Source of the DNA: Felis catus
Taxonomy: Eukaryota
Length of the DNA stretch: 64,000 nucleotides
Direction of reading: 5' to 3'
NCBI RefSeq assembly: GCF_018350175.1
Contig: NC_058368.1
Span: 196,108,001-196,172,000, forward strand
The translations under genes were made by a program, and so were the position numbers. Positions 50,560-64,000 of this stretch are shown piece after piece (within the stretch, counting starts at the first letter, position 1; every line of letters starts with the position of its first letter). The notes beneath the pieces were generated by a model that saw nothing but the letters and a program-made list of their open reading frames with translations, did no database searches and had not been told where the DNA came from.

Positions 50560-52488
50560 CGAGAGCCGTGACCTGAGTCCTCTTCCAGCTGCTGGCCCCC
50601 AACTCCCTGCCCCCCCCTTTCATGCTAGTATCACTTCCTCCCCTCCCATTCACCTCCTGACCCAATTTGCCGACCTGCTCTTGTCTCCATCTCCCGTGGC
50701 CCCCACGTGGTCGAGCCCATGGGGTGCTTCTCCGCCTGGTTCTCTGAGCAGCATCGGGCGCAGTAAACCCTCCCCCCCCCCACTTCCTTATTGGTGTCTA
50801 TGAGTGCACCCTCTCCTGGTTTTCCTTCTCCTCCCTGATGACTTCTCCGCACTGGTCAGGGCTGCTCCTCCATCCAGTCTCTAAATGTTGAGGGTCCCCA
50901 GGGCTCAGCCCTAGTCCCATGGCTTTAAATACCATCTGCGAGTTAACCATTTACAAATGTCCATGTTCACTTTTTTTAAGTGTCAGTGTGGTACCTTCAA
51001 CCATCTACCTGATGTCTACATGTGGGTGTCACACAGAATATAGCCAGAGCCGAACTCTGGAGTCTGCCTATCCCAGAATGTGCTCTCCCATCTTCCCCAT
51101 CTTGATGAATGGCACCATCCATTGTACACCCCAAACCCAGGCACTGCCTTTGATCTCATGCCCACACCTGACATCTCTCCCTTCAAAACAGCTATGGAAT
51201 CCATCCACTTCTCCCTGTCTCCACCACCACCGGAAAACACCATCTCTCGCCTAAGCTACTTCATCCTAACTGGTCTCCAGGCTCCCACTCCTGCCCCCCT
51301 GAAATCTGTATGCCACACATGATTTTAAAACATCAACCAAGCACAGTCCCTCACTGCCTGACACCCTCTGCTAGCTTCCCATTGTTTTGGAATACTACCC
51401 ACTAAGACCCAAGTCTGCATGATCTGGCCCCTGCCCGTCTCGGCAACAATATTCGAAACCGCACCCCCCCTTGCTCACTATGCTCAGACGTATGGCGTTT
51501 CTTTCTGTTCCTCAGATGTGCTAAGGACTTCCTGTTTCTGTGAATGACATCATCTCTGTCACCCAAGTAGGAATGCTCAGCAGCATCTTGATCCCACCCC
51601 TTTCTTCATATCCAGTCTCCCCCAAGTCCTGTGGACTTTCCTCCTGACGTTTTTACTCTTCGTTCCCTTTCCTCATGCTCCCAGCCACAGACTCCACCAG
51701 GCCTTGCCTCTCCAGCTTGGCTTTTTACCACAGCCTCCTGACTGGTCTCTGCCTCCAACCTCATGCTGATTCCAGCCATGGACTGACCCCCGACCCCTAA
51801 GCTTACCCCCAGCCACTGCTGGCCTGGTCTCTGACCTCTGACTGATATCTGACTCCTGCTCCATCAAAGACTGGGGCTCAGCCCTCACCAGGTGTCTTCG
51901 ATTGCCCCTGTATCCTAATGCCGGGTGGAGAACTTGTGCTTAATACATATTTGCTGGATGAACGAATCATGGGGGAGAACCACTCAGTCGGTCCTGTTCA
52001 GATGCACTCACTGAGACCACAAGTCCAAAAGCTATTTACCTGCCTGCCAGATGGCACCTGGGAGAAGAGTCCGGGAGTTCCAGATGCTAAATTGATTGTA
52101 GAGCATCTGACCTTGGGCAAGTCAAATCCTTTCCTTACTCGATTGTCTCTTGGATAAGATGGGAAGAAGCAGAACAGCTAGTCTCTTTTCCCCAGAGCGT
52201 TGTACTGTATTCAGGGCTTTTTGTTACAAAGTGTTTTCCATCCAGGCTCTCCTTAGACCTTCACAGCAGTCCAATGAGATTCTCAAAGCAGCAGCCCAAG
52301 CCACCCTTTTAAAACACAATCAGAGGGGCACCTGGGTGGCTGGGTTGATTAAACATCCGGCTTTGGCTCAGGCCATGATCTCATGGTTCATGGGTTCACA
52401 CCCCATGTTGGGCTCTATGCTGACAGCTCAGAGCCTGGGGTCTACTTCGGATTCTGTGTCTCTGTTTGCCTTCTCCCTCCTTCCCTCC

Positions 52489-52524
<36 letters not shown>

Positions 52525-53160
52525 GTCTCTCAAAAATAAACATTAAAACAAAGCATTCTTTAAAAAAAAAAAAGCCAAACACAATCATAACAGCATTCCT
52601 CTGTTCAAAGGCTTCCCATGGCTCCTGATTTCACTCAGAGTAAAAGTCAAAGTCATGAAGATGGCCACACCAGACCATGAAGAGGGCCTGGCACCAGACA
52701 TCACTGACCTCGTGCACTTGCTCTCCATCTCAGAGGCTCCACTCCAGCCACACTAGCCTCCTTGCCATTCCTCAACCATGCCAAGCACATCCCCACCATG
52801 GGACCTTTTCTCTGGCTTTCTTTTGCTGAGGACACTTTTCCCCCAGACGTGGGCGTAGTAGACAACCTCACCTTCAAGCCTAGGTTCAAATCTGGCCTTG
52901 CCAGTGAGGCGCATTCCAACACCCTATAAAGTACTGCACCCTACCCCTATCCACCTGCCCCAGCAATACCTTCCCTTTTGCCCAGCTTGCTCATCTCTCT
53001 CTAACAAACAGTATAGTTTACTTGCTTATCTCCCACTAGAATGTAAATTCCATAAGGGCAGAGATGGTTGTCTGCTTTGTTCGTTGATGTAGCCCAAGTA
53101 CCCAAGACGGTGCCTGGCACCAAGAAGATGTGCAATAAATAAGTGTTGAATGAGTGAATG
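50560..53160 (+). mobile_element. Cluster of L2 fragments
   Basis: L2-like motifs (ggctttaaataccatct, ggcttcccatggctcc, gtgcctggcac...aataaataagtgttgaatgagtgaatg). Confidence 0.55.
52324..52573 (+). mobile_element. Feline SINE
   Basis: SINE body; flanking aaacacaatca repeats. Confidence 0.9.
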
Positions 53161-54489
53161 GAAGAAGTGAAGTAAGTAACTTGCCTGGGGCAGGTATAGC
53201 AGATGTGGGACTGGAGCCCAGACCTGTTCCTTCCCCACAAAGGGCCCCTTTCCTGGCTCTGTGTTCACAGCCCAAGTGTACCAGAGTCCTTGGAGACCTC
53301 CCACCAAAAGAATGGCCAGGCCATGCGGGGTGGTGGGCAGGGCTGGATACGCATTGCCGGCCTGCTACCTGGGGCGGCTCCGCCCTCTCAGAGACTTGGG
53401 GACTGAGGAGGAGAACAGGATGGGCCTGAAGTCCTGAGAGAGTCCACCTCCTGGCTCACCCAAATGAACTGGCAGGAACTCACACCTCTGGAGCCTAGAG
53501 TGTCCGCACCAAGGGAGAGCAGGCATTTCAACTGACTAGCTTGAAGGGTACACCTCGAGACTCCCAGGAAGTTCCCTGGTGGGAGGATACACATGGTCAG
53601 ACAAACATACCTGCTGCTCCCTTTCCTTGAGTGGCTCCAAATCTCTGTACACAGGCAGGGTCCCTAATTCAGACGTGGCAAGTTTGCAGGGAAATCATAT
53701 CACCGAACTACCTAAATTCTGCACACTTAGTCTCTATGGCAGGCATGTGTGTGTTGACTCCTTCAATTCTCCCAGCAACCCAATAAGATAGGTTCTATTA
53801 GCATGCCCATTTGAGGAAACTGAGGCAAAAGGGAGTTAAGTAATTGGCATAAAATCACCCATCTAGTAAGTGGTAGAGCTGGAATTTTTTCCTATAAAAA
53901 AACCCCAAAAAACCTTTTGAATAGTTACTGAGAAAGTCCAATAAAGATTACGATGCACATGTGCCTGTGCTGTAAAGGAGCCCGCTGCCCCCACAAGTGT
54001 CAAGGTAACAGTGATGGCAACATAGTGTCTTCTTAGTACCCAAGAGGGTTCCTGTGTAGGCTTTGAAAACCATTCCGCCAACCATTTATTATGCAAAGTT
54101 TTAAACATACAGAAAAGTTTATCATTCCTATACCCACCATCTATGATCAACCGTTGTTAATTTTACCTATTATCTATCTGTATCTTTTTTTCTGAACCAT
54201 TTGAAAATAAGTTGCAAACATCAAGTCATGTCACCTCCAAGTATTTCATTCAGTCTTCAGCTCCTGAAAACATAATCACTTAACAGCCAAAAATTCCACT
54301 TTCACACTTATTGCTAAGACAAGCAGTAACAATTTTGAAATATCCTCTAATATTCAATCCAGATTCACATTTCCTCGGCCTCTCAAAAATATCTTTTGTA
54401 GCTTTTTTTTTCCAAACCAGAATCTTGCCAAGATTTATAAATTGCACCTGGTTATTAAATTTTGTAAATCTTTTATTTTTTTAAAGATT

Positions 54490-58437
<3,948 letters not shown>

Positions 58438-58449
58438 TTCTTTTTTGTT

Positions 58450-59097
58450 GTTTTTTTAAATTTTTAATTTTAATTCCAGTACAGTTAACATACAGTGTTA
58501 TATTAGTTTCAGGTGTACATTACTCAGGGCTCATCATGATAAGTGTGTTCTTTAATTCCCCCATCACCTTTTTTACCCATCCCTCCACCCACCTCCCCTC
58601 CAGTAACCATCAGTTCTCTACAGTTAAGAATCTGTTTCTTGGTTTGTCTTTCTCTCTCTTTTTTATTTTCCCTTGTTTTCTTGTTTCTTAAATTCCACAT
58701 ATAAGTGAAATCATACGATATATGTCTTTCTCTGACATTTTGCTTAAGATTCTACTCTCTGCTTCTATCCATGTTGTTGCAAATGGCAAGATTTCATTCT
58801 CTTTAATGACTGAATAATATTCCATTGTGTTTATGTGCCACATCTTCTTTATCGGTTCATCTGTTGATGGACACTTAGGCTGCTTCCATAATTTGGCTGT
58901 TGTAAATAATACTGCAATAAACATAGGGGTGCTGTATCCCTTTGAATTAGTGTTTTTGCATTTTGGGGGTAAATATCCAGTAGTGCAATTACCGGATCAT
59001 GAGGTACTTCTATTTTTAACTTTTTGAGGAACCTCCATAGTGTTTTCCAGAGTGGCTGCACCAGTTTGCGTCCCACCAACAGTGTATGAGTGTTCCT
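58450..59097 (-). mobile_element. Carnivore LINE-1 3' fragment
   Basis: Minus ORFs 58849..59079 and 58688..58924 carry L1 ORF2 C-terminal motifs ([33 protein letters not shown]) with frameshifts. Confidence 0.92.
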
Positions 59098-60909
59098 TCA
59101 CTTACTTAATTTTCAGTGAAATTATCATAATTTAATTTTATACTCTCCAAAAACTACCTAAATTGCCTCTCAGTACATATCATCTATCTATCAGACATAT
59201 CAGATATGTATCAATTTTGTCACATTGAGATGTCTTTCAGAGCCTTTGGGCCTGATCCAATGTAGATTTTTCATTTTACTCCTAGAATTTCTGTGCACCA
59301 CCCTCTTGGGGATCCCTATTCTGTCTCACAAGTGGAATTTCAGTTTCCTGTGTCTCAGGTCTCCTTGTATTTTTAGTGAACGCCTTCATTTTGGTGGAGC
59401 ATACCTTCCTGAAGCTTTCTGAGAAAGGAAAAATTTTGAGATCTTGAATGTCTGAGAATATCTTCATGACACCCTCACATATTTGATAATTTGGCTCAGT
59501 GAAGATGCCAGGGTGGAAATAACTTTCCCGTAGAATTTTGAGGACATTGCTCCATTATCTTCTGGTCTGCAGGGTTGCTGTTAAGAAGTGCAAAGACATT
59601 GTGATTCCTGGTGTTTTGTATATGTTTTGTTTTTTCCTTTTTGGAAATTTGGAATTTGCGGAATCTTTTCTTTGTCTCTATCTTTCTGAAGCCTCGCCGT
59701 AATGTGCCTTGGTTTGAGACTATTTTCATGCTTTTTCCTTGGTCTTCCCTGGGCCCTTTCAGTTTGGAAATTTATGCCCTTGAATTCTGGAAATTGTACT
59801 GACTTATTTCACTGATGATTTCTTCCCCTTGATTTTCTCTGTTCTCTATTTCTGGAACTCTGATATTTGGCTGTTGGGCTTCCCAAACTGGTCTTTAATT
59901 CTCTTTTCTTTTCTTTCCAGTTTTTCTTTTTGTCTTTGTGGGAAATTTATCTTTCTGAGAAACGAAAAAAAAACCTTTATCTTCCATCTACCAATTGTTT
60001 AATATCTGCCCTTGTGCTTTTAATCTTCGATAGCTGTGTTTTTCTTCTTCTTTTTCTTTTTTTTCAGCTGTGTTTTTCTTCTAAGGGCATCTATTCTTGT
60101 TCATGGGTATAGTATCATATTTTATGTCTCTGATGCTAATCATGGCCATTTTGTTCCTCCGTGGTGCTTTTTGGGGGTTTGGTTATTTGTTTTGTTCATT
60201 CTCTTTTATGTTAGAGGCTTTCTTCAGATATTCTATAACCCTTGATTATCTAAAAAACCAAGTAGAAGCTGTGATCCATGAGTAGGGCTTATCCACTGAG
60301 AGCTCCCCTATAGCATTATCCGTTTCACTGAGGAACCCCCAATGTCAGAATTTTTAGGTCATCTCTCCTGGGATGGTCATGTTCCCCAAAGAAGGATCTT
60401 CTCATGTACTGCCTGGAGGGACAGACCTGCCTTCTGGCATTTGGGGAACCGGGAGTGGGGAGAAGGCTGGGACTCTTAGCTTTAGTACCAGCCCGTGTCC
60501 TATGCTGTGCCAGAGGATAAACTTCCAGTCTTCCCTGAGAGAGGGAGGAGGAACTTATGGCAGGAAAGGAAGTGGGTATCCAACTGTTTGGTAAGCAGAC
60601 TTCCAACCAATCCTCCTCTTCTTAGCCCCACCGTTACTCCTACCCAGTTGCCTAATATCCCAGTTCCTGAGCAGATTTGCATCTGCCATGTAAATAGGTG
60701 GCTTGTCAGCTTTTCTAGCTGCAGGTTTAGGATTTAGCTTTCTGGATCTGCTACAGGAGTTACCTCTAGTGTATATGCTCTCCAGCTTCCAAAATTCTGC
60801 TGCTGCTTTCTCTTCTGTCCTCCTTGTCCTTATAGTTTAAATTAAAAAAATGTCATTTGAGAGAGGAAGTGAAGCTATATGTGTGTTCGAGCCATCATTA
60901 CCAAGAAAT

Positions 60910-62500
60910 CTTTTTTTAAATGGAGCTATAATTCACATAACACAGTATTCAAGCTTTTAAAATTGTACAACTCAGTGGTTTTCCATATATCCACAAAGTC
61001 GTGTAACCATCACCACTATCTAATTCTAGAATATATTCATCACCCAAAAGGAAACCTCCTACCCATTAGCAATCGTTCTCTATCCTCCCCTCCCCACCCA
61101 GCCCCCGGCGACCACTGATCTACTTTCTCTCTCTATGGATTTCTCTCTCTATGGAAATCCAGACATTTCACAGAAATAGATCATACAGCATGTAGCCTTT
61201 TGTGTCTGGTTTATTTCATTTAGCATGATGTTTTCCAAATTCAAACACTTAGTGGCATGAATCAGTACTTCACTGTTTCTGGAAAAAAAAAAAAACCAGT
61301 TCTGTCGATATATTACCTCCTCTTTCTGGCTAAATAATATTCTATTGTGTGGCTGTGCCACATTTTATTCACTCATCAGGTGATGGACATTTGGGTTGTT
61401 TTCACTTTAGGGGTATGAAGAACAATGGTGCTAAGAACATTTGTGTGCGGGTTTTTGTGTGGGGCTGTGCTTTCATTTCTCTTGTGCCAGGTCTAGGAGC
61501 AGAGTTACTGGCTCATATGGAAACCCTGTTTAATTTGTTGAGGAGTGTCAAATTGTTTTTCAAAGCAGTGGTACCATGTTTTAATTTTTTTTTTAATTTT
61601 TTAAAGTTTATTTTGAGAAAGAGAGAGAGAGCAAGTGGGGAGGGGCAGAGGGAGAGGGAAGGAGAGAATCTAACAACCACGAGATCACGACCTGCGCTGA
61701 AACCAAGAGTCACTCTTAACCAGTTGAGCCACCCAGGGGCCCCTTATTTATTTTTTTTATTTAAAAAAAAATTTTTTTTTAACGTTTATTTATTTTGGGG
61801 ACAGAGAGAGACAGAGCATGAACGGGGGAGGGGCAGAGAGAGAGGGAGACACAGAATCGGAAACAGGCTCCAGGCTCTGAGCCATCAGCCCAGAGCCCGA
61901 CGCGGGGCTCGAACTCAGGGACCGCGAGATCGTGACCTGAGCTGAAGTCGGACGCTTAACTGACTGAGCCACCCAGGCGCCCCGCTTATTTTATTTTTTA
62001 AAAAGTAAACTCTACCCCCAATGTTGGGCTCAAACTTAGGACCTTGAGGTCAAGAGTGGCCATTCTCTGTGGCTGAGCCAGCCAGGCGCCCCAGCTGTAC
62101 TATTTTACATTCCCACCAGAAATATGGCATTTTCATTTTTTCCACATCTTTGTCAACACTCGTTATTGTCTGTCTTTTCGGTTACAGCCACCATAGTGGG
62201 TGTGAGGTGGCACCTCATTGTGGCTGTGATTTGCATTTCCTTAATAACTCATAATGTGGAGCATCTTTTCATGTGCTTATTGGCCATTTGTACATCTTTG
62301 GAGAAAGATGTGCTTAAATCCTTTGCCCATTTGAAATTAGGTTGTCTTTTGACTATTGAGTTCTAATACCTCTTTATATAATCTGGACATTAGACCCTTA
62401 TCAGATATATAATTTGTAAATATTTTCTTTTATTTGGGGGCTGACTTTTTACTTTCTTTATAGTGACTTTTGAAGTACAACACACTATTTTTCTTTGTCG
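60910..62500 (-). mobile_element. Old L1M (L1MB-like) 3' fragment interrupted by SINEs
   Basis: Typical antisense L1 3' text: gatggacatttgggttgtttt; gtgaggtggcacctcattgtggctgtgatttgcatttcc; cccttatcagatatat. Confidence 0.8.
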
Positions 62501-63596
62501 CTTGTGTTTTAAGAAATGTTTTTAAAAGGGGCTCCTGGGTGGCTCAGTCAGTTAAGCATTCTACTCTTGGTTGCAGCTTAGAAACCACATGGTTTGTGAA
62601 TTTGAGCCCTATTTGGAGCCTGCTTGGGATTCTCTCTCCCTCTCTCTACCCCTCTCCTGCTTGCTCTCTCTCTCAAAATAAATAAATAAACTTAAAAAAA
62701 AGGAATGTTTTTAAAAAGTCTTATTTTATTAAAAAAATTTTTTTGGGGCGCCTGGGTGGCGCAGTCGGTTAAGCGTCCGACTTCAGCCAGGTCACGATCT
62801 CACGGTCCGTGAGTGCGAGCCCCACATCGGGCTCTGTGCTGACGGCTCAGAGCCTGGAGCCTGTTTCCGATTCTGTGTCTCCCTCTCTCTCTGCCCCTCC
62901 CCCGTTCATGCTCTGTCTCTCTCTGTCCCAAAAATAAATAAACGTTGAAAAAAAAATTTAAAAAAAAATTTTTTTTAATGTTTTTATTTATTTTTGAAGG
63001 AGAGAGAGACAGAGCATGAGCAGGGGAGGGTCAGAGAGAGAGGGAGACACTGAATCTGAAGCAGGTTCCAGGCTCTGAGCTGTCAGCACAGAGCCCGATG
63101 CGGGGCTCGAACTCACCAATGATGAGATCACGACCTGAGCCGAAGTCGGACACTTAACTGACTGAGCCACCCAGGTGCCCCCAAAAGTCTTATTTTTAAA
63201 ATAGCTTTATTGAGGTATGATTGATACATAATAAATTTTGTGTATTTAAAGTGTACAATTTGGTAAGCTTTGACATGTGCATACATCATGAATAAAGCTC
63301 TGCAATCAAGATAGTGCCCCCAAAGTTTCTTTGTGCCACTTTGTCATCCCTCCTTCATGTCCCTTCCTGCACCACACCCCCTCAATCCTTTTTTTTCATT
63401 AAAAAATTTTTTTTAATATTTATTTATTTTTGAGAGAGACACAGTGTGAGCAGGAGAGGGGCAGATGGAATCTGAAGTGAGCTCCAGGTTCTGAGCTGTC
63501 AGCACAGAGCCCGACGTGGGGCTTCAACTCACAAACCACGAGATCATGACCTGAGCTGAAGTTGGACGCTTAACCTACTGAGCCACCCAGGCACCC
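61580..63596. mobile_element. SINE cluster (~7 copies, both strands)
   Basis: Copies at ~61580-62092 (three, -), 62528-62701 (+), 62745-62967 (+), 62968-63182 (-) and 63395-63596 (-). Confidence 0.88.
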
Positions 63597-63920
63597 GTAC
63601 ACCCCCTCAATCCTTAGGTAACTACTCATTTCTTTGCTATCACTGTAAGTTAGTTCGCATTTCCTAGAACTTTATCTAAATGGAATCATACAGTATATAC
63701 TCTTTTGTTCTGGCTTCTTTCATATAGTATACTTATTTTGAGATTCATCCAGATTGTATATGTATCAATAGTTCATTCCTTTTTTTGCAAGTAGTATCCA
63801 TTGTATGGGTGAACCACAATTTGTTTATCTAGTGACTTTGGGTTTGGGTTATTTCCACTTGAGGGCTTTTGTGAACATTTGTGCTCAAGTTTGTATGGAT
63901 ACATAATTTCATTTGTCTTG
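63195..63920 (-). mobile_element. Old L1M 3' fragment interrupted by a SINE
   Basis: agctttattgaggtatgattgatacataa...aaatggaatcatacagtat...agtagtatccattgtatgg. Confidence 0.7.
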
Positions 63921-64000
63921 ATTATCCAGAAAATATCTTAACTAGTAAATATCTGAGTAACAGTTTCATTTCTTGAGCATCTCCTGTGGTTACCAGGCTC

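Noticed and set aside
50237..50665. Overlapping 78-125 aa ORFs in a purine-rich stretch
   Set aside because: No recognisable protein or supporting splice structure.

Overview
Mammalian genomic DNA, almost certainly from a cat (Felidae), judged by roughly 45-50 carnivore tRNA-derived SINEs including young SINEC_Fc-type copies and feline L1 3' ends. The only protein-coding gene I can support is a complete, intact 5-exon RPS14 on the + strand (5'TOP start ~36104, ATG 38666, stop 42623, 151 aa). A large CpG island at ~8.1-9.6 kb has minus-strand splice donors. By mammalian synteny (NDST1-RPS14-CD74) it is probably an upstream NDST1 promoter, but no NDST1 or CD74 coding sequence is visible. The rest is interspersed repeats (SINE, L1, L2, MIR, hAT/Tigger fossils), microsatellites and candidate regulatory sites such as CTCF motifs and TF clusters. 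I found no convincing novel gene system. The best observation is a 5'-truncated L1 about 1.2 kb upstream of the RPS14 TSS. Its perfect 17-bp target-site duplication closes ~770 bp past the L1 poly(A) tail, which indicates a 3' transduction. A ~50-bp ultra-truncated L1 with its own TSD lies next to it. Repeat family names and boundaries come from recognition by eye, not from a database search.
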